A stretch of 59,077 nucleotides of DNA from an uncultured virus (IMG/VR IMGVR_UViG_3300042308_001600) (taxonomy: Duplodnaviria; Heunggongvirae; Uroviricota; Caudoviricetes), in IMG/VR virus record IMGVR_UViG_3300042308_001600, positions 62,001-121,077 of that record; one strand, given 5' to 3'. The number at the start of each line of letters is the position of its first letter. The first letter of the stretch is position 1. The position numbers were made by a program, and so were the translations under genes. Shown one piece after another: positions 1-9,866 of the stretch. A model generated the notes under the pieces. The model did not search any database, was not told the DNA's origin, and saw only the letters and a list, made by a program, of their open reading frames with translations.

Positions 1-331
1 CAGCCAACACGGTGTCATAGTTCCACGCCGGACAGACGTCGTGGTCCGGTGACGAGACTGAGACATTCAAGATACCCCAGCTACGGAGATGCTCATGGAG
101 CTGGGCGCATAATTCCAGACTCAGGTCTCCGACATTAAAGTCCTCCACAGAATCCTGCCAGGCACGCTTGCCCTCGTCCGTCTCAATAATCCAATCCGTC
201 ACGGCAGACTGCACTCTGCTCAGCACTTCCTCCATGGTCATGGCGGTTATTGTACTGCACCTAAACTCCAGCTTCGTGCTCGGTTCACCCTCGCGTGATA
301 TCAGAATCACGTGATCCGCTTGGGCGTTCAA
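1..331 (-). CDS. hypothetical protein (runs off window edge)
   Basis: Manually read open frame from TTG at 331 (MNAQADHVIL...WQDSVEDFNVGDL...WNYDTVL) to position 1; start overlaps the upstream stop. Confidence 0.65.
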   Translation of the reverse strand, partial: MNAQADHVILISREGEPSTKLEFRCSTITAMTMEEVLSRVQSAVTDWIIETDEGKRAWQDSVEDFNVGDLSLELCAQLHEHLRSWGILNVSVSSPDHDVCPAWNYDTVLA

Positions 332-852
332 TGAGATCTTCTGTGACATCCTGTCAGGAATTGGTACTTCTCATAACACCACTGCTGCGCACGAAACCGC
401 ATACCCTGCCTGTACTGCTCATGACGTTTCATCGCCGTCAGGTTGCTGAGGTACAAGTCCTGCACGGCTTGCTGTAAGACACGCCATTCGAGTTGCTTCG
501 GATCCCGTGCCTGTTGCTGCAAATTTATCACCGCAACCTCCATGCTCTTCAGCATGTTTTGCCGCGCCTCCAACGTCCCGTAGGCACGCGCGTACGTGTT
601 GTCACTGGTCGCCAGCGAGATCTTTATGCTGCTCGCACAGCACAGCAGAAACACACAACCCAACAACGGATGGTCCGGAATCGTCACCAAGGCATTGAGA
701 CAACCACACAGCATGACACCGACCCAAATGCTGGTCAGATCAGTCAGGACCGGTCGCCAGTCTGTCAAGGCCACGTACACATCGTAGGTACCTTCTGAGA
801 GCCAGTACCACGCAGTGTGGCACTTGAGGATAAGATTTCGTAGTTTGTTCAA
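328..852 (-). CDS. hypothetical membrane protein
   Basis: 3' part of ORF 328..993; TTG at 852 couples to the upstream stop; two hydrophobic segments. Confidence 0.55.
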   Translation of the reverse strand: MNKLRNLILKCHTAWYWLSEGTYDVYVALTDWRPVLTDLTSIWVGVMLCGCLNALVTIPDHPLLGCVFLLCCASSIKISLATSDNTYARAYGTLEARQNMLKSMEVAVINLQQQARDPKQLEWRVLQQAVQDLYLSNLTAMKRHEQYRQGMRFRAQQWCYEKYQFLTGCHRRSH

Positions 853-1199
853 AACTGGTTTCCAAGCGTGTCGAATAAATCCGTGAACATGTCTGCGGTC
901 GAGGAGTCGGGACGCTCCAGATCCAACAGCTGCGGGTTGTGCGTGAGCACGGTCAACAGTGTACTGAGGAGCTGATCTACTGCGATGTTCCACTCATCGC
1001 GCCGATCCCAGTACCAGTCATCGTCCTCCTTCTCAATTGTAAGATCCGACGAGATTGTCACCGGGGTGCGCTCCGTATGGGAGCCTACCACCTGCACTTC
1101 AATGTAGTTTGTACCTTGCGGGAACGCTTCTGTGACGCCGAAATCAAACCGGACAAACTGCTGTTGCCCCCTGTACTCGTGATAGGCCTTGGTGGACAC
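849..1199 (-). CDS. hypothetical protein
   Basis: 116 aa ORF that tiles with its neighbours. Confidence 0.6.
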   Translation of the reverse strand: MSTKAYHEYRGQQQFVRFDFGVTEAFPQGTNYIEVQVVGSHTERTPVTISSDLTIEKEDDDWYWDRRDEWNIAVDQLLSTLLTVLTHNPQLLDLERPDSSTADMFTDLFDTLGNQF

Positions 1200-1219
1200 T
1201 AAGTGCTGATTTTACTGCG

Positions 1220-1870
1220 CTATGCGCCTCCTGCGTACGGCGGGAGAGACGGAGCTGGTATTGTTCCTGAAAGTAGCGAACTTGGAGACGGAGCCCCCAT
1301 CAGAATTTTTTTGAACATAGCTGACGATAACATTGCTTGCTCGTTCTCATTCGGTACTCCGCCAAACCTAGCGGGTGTACGGAGCAGATTCGTCTGTAAT
1401 GGATCTGCCTTGCTCTGTGCTCCCCAGTTAGTTGGGCGTGTCGGGTAACCCGCGCCCTCCTCCATTTCCCTGACGGAACCGGTGATGGGTTTAGTTGGGG
1501 TTAGCCCTGCTGCTCCTGCAAGCTGACTGGAGTGATCTGCAAACGCTGGTATCGATGATTCATCGGAACCACCCTGCCCACGCCAGTGTTCCAAGCCCGC
1601 ACCAACCCCAGCACCACCAAGACCCCCGAGCAGCATACCTTTCAGGATCGAGGGAGAACCGTTCTCCTCCTCATCCCGTTTGCTCTGCATGAGCTTACGG
1701 ACACCCTGAATGGCGCCACCCCCGAGCGCCCCGGCTCCACCACCAAGGATGGCGGCCAGGATGCGGGGGTTAATTGGCGCTTGGGCTGGTTCACCCGCAG
1801 CGCGCTTGATGATGAAAGTCGTGAGATTGATACGGAATGGCAGGTTCATAGGAATGAGTAAATGTTTCAC
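1220..1870 (-). CDS. glycine-zipper protein, putative virion/ejection protein
   Basis: Two GxxxG-rich hydrophobic helices (ILGGGAGALGGG, LLGGLGGAGVGAG); IKRAA near the N-terminus; alternative start at 1849. Confidence 0.6.
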   Translation of the reverse strand: MKHLLIPMNLPFRINLTTFIIKRAAGEPAQAPINPRILAAILGGGAGALGGGAIQGVRKLMQSKRDEEENGSPSILKGMLLGGLGGAGVGAGLEHWRGQGGSDESSIPAFADHSSQLAGAAGLTPTKPITGSVREMEEGAGYPTRPTNWGAQSKADPLQTNLLRTPARFGGVPNENEQAMLSSAMFKKILMGAPSPSSLLSGTIPAPSLPPYAGGA

Positions 1871-3771
1871 AGCGGCCGAGTACCGGCAAGAACTTCCTCG
1901 AAGTCCTTGCGAGTGATCCCAAGCAGCTGGCGAATGGTGTCCTCTGCGGCTGGGTTCGGCATAGGCTCCGGGAGGTCAATGTAACCCCAGTTCTTGTTGG
2001 CCACCAATGCCGGGTCGAAGAGACCGCCTGCCTTGGGAGCCAAGGTGCGGAAGTCAATGGTCTCACCGGAATGTACTTTCAGGGGTTTGAATTGCTCGAG
2101 CTGTTTGTCAGTCAGGAGACCCAACCGAAGTTTGCCGCCGCCCATTTCGCGCGCGTGCATGCCAGCACCGTTCAGAAGTGCCCTGAACTTTTGGAACACA
2201 AAAGGAGAGCCTGGAGCTTTGGGGGTTTGCCCTGACCTGAAGGTGCGCCAGAAATCATCGTTCTGCTGCCCCGTCAATGTGCTGGACTCCCGGAGGTTGT
2301 TGTACGCGCCGCTGCTGAGCATCACGGTAGTCTCGAGACCTGAGCGACGTTTGGCGCCGCCACCAAGGCCAGACCCCTTCGAAGGTTGTCCGTCCTGGTC
2401 ATACCCCCCTTGCCCACGTGCGTCGTATTTGTGCTCTGCGATGTGGTGCAGCTTCAACACGTAGGCATTGCCGGTTGTGATCGGCCTGTCCAGCTTGCGG
2501 TTGTCCTTGGGATCGAACACAGTCTCCTTGTCGGTCATGCCTGCTTCCTTGAGCTTGGCCGCCACAAAGTCTATCCAACTGTCCTCGTTCGGATTGAACG
2601 CCGGGAGCTTCATTGGGGTGCCTGACTTGGCTGCAACTTTTCCAAGAAGGATCTCAAGTAACAGCGAGGGGTTGGCACGCGATGGGAGACCCTGTTGGTT
2701 GAGCAGCATCTCCAGCGGTTCACCCGACGCTGTGCGGAGCATCTCATGCTCGGGGATGACCGCTGAGACGATCCCCTTCTGGCCCGAGCGCAGGACAAGC
2801 TTGTCGCCCTTCTGCATGGGGCGATGACTCTCGACCAGCACCTTCACAGATCCGTCATTCTTGCGCACCACGTCCGTGACGGTACCTGGCACTGCGCTGT
2901 CCCACTGCACAGAGGCATCCGCGCGGAGCTGTCTCGCTACCTTGCCCAAGCGCCCCAGGCTTTGTGACTGGGCTGAATTGAAGTTGCGCGGACGGGTGGC
3001 CAGGATCAGAGGGTCGCCCGGTTGTACAACCTGACCTGGACGCACGATGCCGTGCTCGTCCAGCAGCGTGAGCTGATCTTTGGTGTACATGTCAGGGAAC
3101 AGTGACTTGAAGTGGTCTTGGCCGCTCTTCAGGTTGCCCCCTGAAAAGTCCTTGTCGATGGAATCCAGATGGAGGCTGGTGGCCCGCTTTGCGAACTTGT
3201 CCGAGACCACCATGGCATCATCCATCGAGAACCCCTTGAAGGGAACAACCCCCACACGGGCGTTGAGGCCTAACGCCAGGGAACCCTTCTCGTCTGTGAA
3301 GTTGGAACGGGCCAGCAGGTCCTTGGCTTTGACAGTCTGTCCCTTCGTGACCGTCGGGGTCTGTGTGATTCCGCTGTACCGGTTGAAGGGCATGTTGCGA
3401 TACAGCCCGATCACCTTGGGAGTTCCATCTGCCAGTCGCAGTTTGATTTGTGTGTCCGCCACATCCTCAACCGTGGCGTCCCCGTCAGAGCGGATAGCGC
3501 CGGCCGTACCGCCAAGCATGTCGTCAAATGACGTGTCCGGCGTGTCATCCATGCTGGTCTGGATCCATGGTGCCTCTGGTTTTACCAGTGGTTGTGCCTG
3601 GTTGGCGAAACGGGCACCGTAGAACAACCGGGTAGGTTGGACGGCATTCTGCAGCGGGATCAGCCCGACATTGGGACCGACGAATTGATTGGGAGACATG
3701 AACTCGAAATCGACGTCCTCTTCAGGGCGCCGATCCAATTCATACTGGGCGTTAACGACTTCACGATGCAT
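1867..3771 (-). CDS. rpoB: phage RNA polymerase: beta C-terminal part fused to a beta-prime N-terminal fragment
   Basis: RpoB motifs GFSMDDAMVVS, GDKLVLRSGQKG, LNQQGLPSR, YVLKLHH, GQPSKG; then RpoC-like ETIDFRTLAPKAGGLFD and WGYIDLPEPMPNP; likely ATG at 3771 (ORF track extends to 3960). Confidence 0.92.
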   Translation of the reverse strand: MHREVVNAQYELDRRPEEDVDFEFMSPNQFVGPNVGLIPLQNAVQPTRLFYGARFANQAQPLVKPEAPWIQTSMDDTPDTSFDDMLGGTAGAIRSDGDATVEDVADTQIKLRLADGTPKVIGLYRNMPFNRYSGITQTPTVTKGQTVKAKDLLARSNFTDEKGSLALGLNARVGVVPFKGFSMDDAMVVSDKFAKRATSLHLDSIDKDFSGGNLKSGQDHFKSLFPDMYTKDQLTLLDEHGIVRPGQVVQPGDPLILATRPRNFNSAQSQSLGRLGKVARQLRADASVQWDSAVPGTVTDVVRKNDGSVKVLVESHRPMQKGDKLVLRSGQKGIVSAVIPEHEMLRTASGEPLEMLLNQQGLPSRANPSLLLEILLGKVAAKSGTPMKLPAFNPNEDSWIDFVAAKLKEAGMTDKETVFDPKDNRKLDRPITTGNAYVLKLHHIAEHKYDARGQGGYDQDGQPSKGSGLGGGAKRRSGLETTVMLSSGAYNNLRESSTLTGQQNDDFWRTFRSGQTPKAPGSPFVFQKFRALLNGAGMHAREMGGGKLRLGLLTDKQLEQFKPLKVHSGETIDFRTLAPKAGGLFDPALVANKNWGYIDLPEPMPNPAAEDTIRQLLGITRKDFEEVLAGTRPL

Positions 3772-4201
3772 GGAAAAGCGCGTTGCGGAGATTGCTGGCC
3801 TCAGGTCCCCAACGTGGGTCCTGCAAGGTTTCATACAGCGGTAGCGCGTAGGGGGCGGCACCGGTGCCCTGCACGGCGGCCATGAGACCAGCCTGAGACT
3901 GCGCTGCAAGCTGTTGCGCTGCCTCCACGTTGCCGAGCGCCTTTGCGTAGAACTCACCACCCACCCCGTAACTGCCGTTCATGCGCCCTATGAGATTCGG
4001 CAGGCGGTATGTTGAAGGTTCAAACGTCTCAGCACGCCCTGCGGGCATTAGAGCCGCCCGACCAAAGCGCAGCAGCGCATCCGCCATTGGGCTGGATGTC
4101 AGACTCGGCAGGGCCTCCCCACTTGGGGTGCCGTAGTTGAGTCTGATGTGCGCGCTCGGGCTTGTGTTGGCGGCGGCGTTGATGAGAGGTGCTTTGAACA
4201 T
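3761..4201 (-). CDS. hypothetical protein
   Basis: 146 aa ORF tiling between the RNAP gene and 4214..5662. Confidence 0.6.
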   Translation of the reverse strand: MFKAPLINAAANTSPSAHIRLNYGTPSGEALPSLTSSPMADALLRFGRAALMPAGRAETFEPSTYRLPNLIGRMNGSYGVGGEFYAKALGNVEAAQQLAAQSQAGLMAAVQGTGAAPYALPLYETLQDPRWGPEASNLRNALFHAS

Positions 4202-4213
4202 GAGGCGTGGACT

Positions 4214-5662
4214 TTAGGTTCCGAGTGCTTCCCGCAAGAATCCCGTCATGGAGCGCACAGGCAGCCCTTGCGCCCCTACTGTGGAGGGCAGCGTCTGTGG
4301 TTGTCCACCTGCTACCATGGAGCCTGTGCGATTCTTCAGGTAGGTGCCGAGCTGTCCAAGCAGCCCTTGCAACCATTCACCTGAGCCGCTGGGGGTGGTC
4401 AATGGTTGTCCTGCCTTGGCCGCCGCCTCGCGCAGCGCCTGCTGTTGGGCAGTCGCCTGTGCGACAGTCGCGTCATGCCCCATGTTGGCCATCGGCCCCT
4501 CCATGAGCGGAAACGAGAGGCCCAGCAGTTTCGCAATTGGTTTCGCCGCCAGTCCGACCCCTTTCCAGGGAGTAACCGTGAAAGCCGTGTTAGCAGTATC
4601 CAGTGCACCCGAACCAAGTTGACCAAGCATCGCCTTGGTTTTAGTCAGCTTGTCGGTCGGGGTATTCCAGATTCCCTCCGGGGTTGCATGAGCTGCCGAG
4701 AGTTCCTTGTAGGCATCGGGCGCTGCTGCGTAAGCCTGGCCAGTGTGGGAGGCTGCCCCTAGTCCTGTTGCACCTACAGCCAAGCCGGCGTTGCCCAGTA
4801 CACGTGGTAAGTTGAGCGCTTTATTGCCCATCCACTGCGTCGCGTTAGCTACGCCGTTGAGTAAGCTGGTAGGCATCAACGCTCCCACCGTACCTGGTTT
4901 GGCCGAGTTCGAAAAGGGTTGCCACGGTGTCTCTCCGAAAGGCGTGACCGGTTTGTCACCTGCAAACCAGTTAAGACCCGGAACTGTACTGATACCGGCA
5001 CGTGCAATCGGCAGGGCCTTGCTGGGCTCCTTAATCCCATTCCAGAGCGTGTCCATGACACCTGGCACAGGCGCCGCAGGATCACCGTAGTGCCCAGCCT
5101 GCAGGGCTTTGTAATTGATTCCGTTGTCGCGGTACAGATCCGCAATATGCGGTCCCTTCAGCACGCCTGTTGGTGCGGCCCGCCCGGTTGGCCAGGGTTT
5201 GCCAGAGCGGGTCAGGGTGGGCGCACTCGGAGCATCTGCCGCTGTTTTGAGACCATAGAGCCCATGGTTCAACCGGGACATGCTTGCCTGCTGGGTGAGC
5301 TTGCTGATGTTCCCCATGGTCGTCGAGAAGCGCTTACCGAAATAACCAGCGCCCATGTTGTTTGCCGCGTTGGACATGGCCTTGGTGTGCAGGATCTGTT
5401 GCTGCTGCAGCTTCTGCTGATGGCCTGCTTCCAAGGCCTTCATCTGCGCCTGCTGGGCTGTTTGCTCAGCCTTGACCTGTCCCTGCTCGGCCTTGGTCTG
5501 TTCAGGGGAGACTGCGTTCGGATCCTCAGCCGCATGGTTCGGGATCACGATTGGCTTGATGCCGTTGGTTTGATCCGCAGGCCGCACAGGACCCGGGGCG
5601 CTCTTGGGTGAGACGCCGTCCTGCAGGAGTGCGAGCTTGATGAAGGGCGAAAGAGTGGTCAT
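4214..5662 (-). CDS. Ala/Gly/Gln-rich putative virion protein
   Basis: 482 aa; Q-rich segment, Gly-rich hydrophobic stretches, IKLA and LKTAA motifs. Confidence 0.6.
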   Translation of the reverse strand: MTTLSPFIKLALLQDGVSPKSAPGPVRPADQTNGIKPIVIPNHAAEDPNAVSPEQTKAEQGQVKAEQTAQQAQMKALEAGHQQKLQQQQILHTKAMSNAANNMGAGYFGKRFSTTMGNISKLTQQASMSRLNHGLYGLKTAADAPSAPTLTRSGKPWPTGRAAPTGVLKGPHIADLYRDNGINYKALQAGHYGDPAAPVPGVMDTLWNGIKEPSKALPIARAGISTVPGLNWFAGDKPVTPFGETPWQPFSNSAKPGTVGALMPTSLLNGVANATQWMGNKALNLPRVLGNAGLAVGATGLGAASHTGQAYAAAPDAYKELSAAHATPEGIWNTPTDKLTKTKAMLGQLGSGALDTANTAFTVTPWKGVGLAAKPIAKLLGLSFPLMEGPMANMGHDATVAQATAQQQALREAAAKAGQPLTTPSGSGEWLQGLLGQLGTYLKNRTGSMVAGGQPQTLPSTVGAQGLPVRSMTGFLREALGT

Positions 5663-7464
5663 ACGTTCACAGCGTTATTACGGTAGCTTGCCAACAACTC
5701 AGCTCGACGCTGGCGCTCTTCCGGGGAGAGGATCACGCGTTTGGTACGCTCGTTAGTTTCGTGCCGGAGGCGACCACGAACATCGCGGCGAATCTTGCCC
5801 ACCAGAGCATCCGAGAGTGCCATCTCCTGCACAGGCAGATCAAGCTGCGTTTCCGCGTCACCCTTGTTCTTGGTTGGTAGTGTCACCCGGATACGTCCAG
5901 ACTCAGGGCGCTCCGCACGGTCCGCGACACCCTGCAGGGCATTGATGCCCTTGAGGCCCAGATAACCGACACCACCCAGCAGCCCGGCGCCCAGAAGCCC
6001 ACCCGCGATGGCTGTTCCCGGATTCTTGTCTATGTACTGAGAAGCCTGATCAAAGATGCTCGGGGACGTGACGTTGACAGAGGTATTGGCGGGAGCCGTG
6101 ACGTTGACGTTGGTCCCACGCTCCTTGGACAAGGCGGCCACCAAATCAGAACCCGTGTTCATGTTACGCCGCATTAAATCCTTCGCGAACACACCGGGAA
6201 TAGCTACCGCCATACCTGTTGCTCCGCCCATCATCTTTAACCTCTTGGCGGCGTCGATGGTCAATTGTACGGGCCGCTTTGCCGCTTCGGCCTTCGCGAG
6301 TGCGGAAACACCAGGCAACCGTCCCGTACCTTTGCCAATCCCGAACATGGTAGTGTTCAGCAAACCGTCCGCCAGGCGTTCCTTCCAATGTTCAGTCGTG
6401 AGAAACCGTCCACTGGGGGCGTTGTATAACGCGTCCATGCCGACCGCACCTGCTGTTGGTGCCGCCATGTATTTGGTGCCTGTCCACAACGCCTTGGCAA
6501 CCTCGGGCCAACCGGCTTGCTTCACCGCCGCCGTCTTGGACGTGGCTTTCAAGACGGCCAGAAGTTGGGCCGTCCGGAGGGCTTCCTCGGAGGCACCGGT
6601 CTGACTCTCGCGGTTGAGTTCCTGCTGCAGCACCGGGTCAGCCAGCATGTCGCGACGGGTCCCACCTGGGGGTAGGCGGCGCATCATCTCAATGATCCCC
6701 TCGTTGTTGGCCTTGCGGCTGTGGTAACCGAGCAACCCAGACAGCAACGCCGCACCGCCGCCGGCCATTGCCGTGTGTTCTGGCTTGGCTCCTAGGAAGT
6801 GGGCACCTGCGCCGACTGCTCCACCACCAACCAAGGCTGTCATCAAGGATGCCTTGGCAGGGGAGGACATGTCCACAGCAGGACTGTCAGCCATAGACCT
6901 GAAAAGTTTTGGGAACCATTGACTCTGTCCTTCCTCGACGTTGGCCTGTTCCTCTGGGTTCAGCACAGCACGGCGGGGTGCCAGCGGCATGTACTGCTGG
7001 AGAGAAACACCCCCGTAGGAGCCTGGAACGTAGGAAGGTCGGCGTGCCATTTTGGTCAACATAGAGGGAAGCGGTTGGGAGCGCAAGCGTGCCATCTTAT
7101 GCTGCACAGGCACCCCGAGCTTGTCGGCGAGCTTCAGGCTCGGCTCATTACCGGGCACAATGTAGGCCCGGACATCCTGGACATCCGCCGGCTTGTGCTC
7201 CTGGAACATTTCCTGCAGGGCACGCTTCGCAAGCCCCTGGCGCCGGAACTCCGGCAGGAGTCCCACAGCGTAGTAGCCAGCCTTCTTGCCTGTCTGATCG
7301 TTGCGGAACTGCCAGCCTGTGAAACCAGCCAGCTTGCGCGTCGCAGGGTCTCGGATCGCGAACGCCTCGTCGAGCTGGGCGCGTTTGAGGCCGTGAGGCC
7401 ACCAGGTGGGGTTGTCCTGGTAGATACTGTTTAGGAGCTGGTCGAATTCCGCACGGGTTGCCAT
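5659..7464 (-). CDS. GNAT acetyltransferase domain fused to a glycine-zipper region
   Basis: GNAT motif A VGLLPEFRRQGLAK and motif B GNEPSLKLADKLG in the first ~120 aa; several GxxxG helices downstream. Confidence 0.75.
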   Translation of the reverse strand: MATRAEFDQLLNSIYQDNPTWWPHGLKRAQLDEAFAIRDPATRKLAGFTGWQFRNDQTGKKAGYYAVGLLPEFRRQGLAKRALQEMFQEHKPADVQDVRAYIVPGNEPSLKLADKLGVPVQHKMARLRSQPLPSMLTKMARRPSYVPGSYGGVSLQQYMPLAPRRAVLNPEEQANVEEGQSQWFPKLFRSMADSPAVDMSSPAKASLMTALVGGGAVGAGAHFLGAKPEHTAMAGGGAALLSGLLGYHSRKANNEGIIEMMRRLPPGGTRRDMLADPVLQQELNRESQTGASEEALRTAQLLAVLKATSKTAAVKQAGWPEVAKALWTGTKYMAAPTAGAVGMDALYNAPSGRFLTTEHWKERLADGLLNTTMFGIGKGTGRLPGVSALAKAEAAKRPVQLTIDAAKRLKMMGGATGMAVAIPGVFAKDLMRRNMNTGSDLVAALSKERGTNVNVTAPANTSVNVTSPSIFDQASQYIDKNPGTAIAGGLLGAGLLGGVGYLGLKGINALQGVADRAERPESGRIRVTLPTKNKGDAETQLDLPVQEMALSDALVGKIRRDVRGRLRHETNERTKRVILSPEERQRRAELLASYRNNAVNV

Positions 7465-7470
7465 AGGAGA

Positions 7471-7499
7471 AGTTTAACCACCGGTCCCTCCATTGTCAC
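7471..7499 (-). promoter_or_regulatory. sigma70-like promoter, probably giving a leaderless transcript
   Basis: GTGACA-17 nt-TAAACT with 6 nt before the ATG at 7464. Confidence 0.45.
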
Positions 7500-7589
7500 G
7501 GGTAAGATTTACGCTTTGCGCCATTCACCTTCCCACAACCGGAGCGCGTACCTCAGGTATTGCCCGAACCATCTGCGAACTTGGGACGC

Positions 7590-8150
7590 TCAGTCATGCT
7601 GCTGCGCCGCGATGTATTTCTCAAACCATGTCCGGTACCGTTTGGCTTCCATCGGTCGGATGGTTTCCCGCTGCGCGCAAGACTCGCTCATGATCAAGTC
7701 TTCAACTTCCTCATGGGGTAGCTGCAGCACATGCCCCAATTCATGGAGCAGCACCGCCACAATCGAGATACTACCAACGGCAAGCCCGTTTACCCTGCGC
7801 CACCAGATACCGAACCGGGTTACCGGCAGGGGTTTCCAGTTCAACCTGGGGTTGTCCTTGAGCTCAATAACCCAACGCGGTGCCAGCTTGCCTGGGAACT
7901 GTGTACAGGTTGCCCAGGTCTCTGTTGTCGTTGGCCGTGGTTTGAACTGGTGTCCAAACGTGATCAACACCAAAGGGTCCGTGCAGCCTTTCACCCAGGG
8001 CTGAAACACCACAAGCCCTGCAAGTACACGATTCCATTCGGTGACTGCCTGCTCGACGGAGCGTTGCATGGCCTCGCGATCGATCTTGCCAAACAACAAG
8101 TCTGCGGTGCTGTAAGCGATGATGGTGGGTGTCATTGGGGTATAGTCCAT
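7590..8150 (-). CDS. matrixin-like (M10/metzincin) zinc metalloprotease
   Basis: VLLHELGHVLQLPH followed by a Met-turn (LIMS); upstream AVTEWN is typical of matrixins. Confidence 0.75.
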   Translation of the reverse strand: MDYTPMTPTIIAYSTADLLFGKIDREAMQRSVEQAVTEWNRVLAGLVVFQPWVKGCTDPLVLITFGHQFKPRPTTTETWATCTQFPGKLAPRWVIELKDNPRLNWKPLPVTRFGIWWRRVNGLAVGSISIVAVLLHELGHVLQLPHEEVEDLIMSESCAQRETIRPMEAKRYRTWFEKYIAAQQHD

Positions 8151-8443
8151 ACGAGACTGTTGCCCTGCAAACTATTTCGCCGCTTTGCCGCTTTGCAGTC
8201 CGCACACCCCTGGCAGGTAGTACGTGCCTGCCTGTTAACCCCCTTAGGACCACCGCAGTCCAGACACAGCCCCCGGTCGTGACGGTCAGCGCGCCAAACA
8301 TCCCGCACACCGCGCAGGTGGACGCGACACACACTGCAGAGCCCCGCGCGTCCGCTTGGGAGCAAACGATCCGAGGGAAGATTACACTGAGGGCAGCATT
8401 TACACACCGTACGGTTATGGCGTTGCTGGGCCGTTAAAGACAT
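8132..8443 (-). CDS. Cys-rich zinc-finger protein
   Basis: Several CxxC pairs. Confidence 0.5.
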   Translation of the reverse strand: MSLTAQQRHNRTVCKCCPQCNLPSDRLLPSGRAGLCSVCRVHLRGVRDVWRADRHDRGLCLDCGGPKGVNRQARTTCQGCADCKAAKRRNSLQGNSLVWTIPQ

Positions 8444-8919
8444 TAGAGACAGTTGTCGTCGTATTCCTGCTGGGCTGCGTTACACAGATTTGTGACACGC
8501 ACGAGCACAGCCCGGAGTCTCCGGATGTAGTACTGACGGGTGACCGCGCTCCCGCGGTCTATCATCAGACGCGCACAGCAGCCTGCGAAAACCCGGCTCA
8601 AGCGCTGCAAAGTGCGATCAGCTGGGTGGGGTTGATTGTACCCAGACCAGGGATGGCAGGCAAGCGGATTGAAATCCGGGTGCTGTCCGGCATCGGTAAT
8701 CATGCGCAGTTCCCACAACTCAGGCACCGTGATGGTGTCTCCCTGAATAACCGTCAGGCGCTCCAGCAGGTAGGTCCAGGTGAACTGTACGGGCCAATGC
8801 CTCCGGGCATGCGCGAGGATGTTGACGCTCTGGATATCGGAAGAACTGAATCCCTGCTCGAAGGATTCAATGAGTTGATTGCGCCGGCTGCGCAGATTTG
8901 AAGTGAGTGTGTTGGACAT
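8443..8919 (-). CDS. hypothetical protein
   Basis: 158 aa tiling ORF. Confidence 0.6.
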   Translation of the reverse strand: MSNTLTSNLRSRRNQLIESFEQGFSSSDIQSVNILAHARRHWPVQFTWTYLLERLTVIQGDTITVPELWELRMITDAGQHPDFNPLACHPWSGYNQPHPADRTLQRLSRVFAGCCARLMIDRGSAVTRQYYIRRLRAVLVRVTNLCNAAQQEYDDNCL

Positions 8920-8935
8920 TTAGAACAGATCCCAA

Positions 8936-9136
8936 TCAGGCCTTCTCCACTTTTTCAATGGATACGACCATGGATGACTGACAGGCAGCTTCTGCATCCC
9001 ACTGGACAGCCGGATTTTTCGGGTCCGCCAATATCTTGAGCGCTTGCTCCTCCGCGTCTTCTTTCCGCTCCGCCATTACAGTGAAGCGGCCTGTGCGGGT
9101 GAGCACACGCGCTAGCGTACACTCAAACTCCCACAC
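8936..9136 (-). CDS. hypothetical protein
   Basis: 66 aa tiling ORF. Confidence 0.5.
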   Translation of the reverse strand: MWEFECTLARVLTRTGRFTVMAERKEDAEEQALKILADPKNPAVQWDAEAACQSSMVVSIEKVEKA

Positions 9137-9434
9137 AGGCCGAGATGTTCAGGATGGTTTCTTCCATGTGCGTCAAAGCGAGCCTCAGTACTCTCCGGTA
9201 ACCTCCTTTTGCCGCGAACTTAATACAGGTGCGCAGCTTGCTCTCCAGTGCCGTTATCGAGGTTGCGTGCAGCACCATCCCTTCAACAACATCCCAGGAT
9301 TGGCGCTCAACCAACGAGGCCGCGATGCTACGCTCCTGCCAGACTCGCTCCAGCAAGTCGGCAAGGTGCAGTACATCGTAGCTGTGCATGGTCTCGTCCA
9401 TGCTAGATGGTTCCCGCGCATACGGTACTGTCAA
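9123..9434 (-). CDS. hypothetical protein
   Basis: 103 aa tiling ORF. Confidence 0.55.
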   Translation of the reverse strand: MTVPYAREPSSMDETMHSYDVLHLADLLERVWQERSIAASLVERQSWDVVEGMVLHATSITALESKLRTCIKFAAKGGYRRVLRLALTHMEETILNISACVGV

Positions 9435-9437
9435 CCG

Positions 9438-9866
9438 CTATTTGCGTGGGTAGTACACGACGCTCAGTACGCAACTCCTGCGTGAGTCTGTGTGGACGAG
9501 CGTAATGTACACCGTGTGACTCGACTGAGGAACGAGGATATCAATATCCAACCCCAACGCCTTGAAAGTTGGAGCGACCCATTGAGTCTGCATACGCTTG
9601 CTGCCATGCAGAAATGGATTTGCAGGAGCGTTCACGGAAAACAACAGCTCCACCCCATGCCCCGTCGGGCCTTCCAACGGCCGCACGCGTAGTGATGCGC
9701 CTTGGCAAACCGCGGGTGTAAACCAGCCTTTGAAGGTGTCATCCTCTATGTCGAAACTGTGAGATTCGAACGGGGAGGCAGCAGGAGTATCGAGCCAGGT
9801 TAAAACAGAGGCAGCGATACCGCCGAGTGCCTCAAAAAAATCGGAAAGAGATAGGGGGTTTGTCAT
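9438..9866 (-). CDS. hypothetical protein
   Basis: 142 aa, ATGA coupling. Confidence 0.6.
   Translation of the reverse strand: MTNPLSLSDFFEALGGIAASVLTWLDTPAASPFESHSFDIEDDTFKGWFTPAVCQGASLRVRPLEGPTGHGVELLFSVNAPANPFLHGSKRMQTQWVAPTFKALGLDIDILVPQSSHTVYITLVHTDSRRSCVLSVVYYPRK

Noticed and set aside
3772..3960. N-terminal extension of the RNAP ORF in the ORF track
   Set aside because: Overlaps 3761..4201 and lacks RpoB similarity; ATG 3771 is preferred
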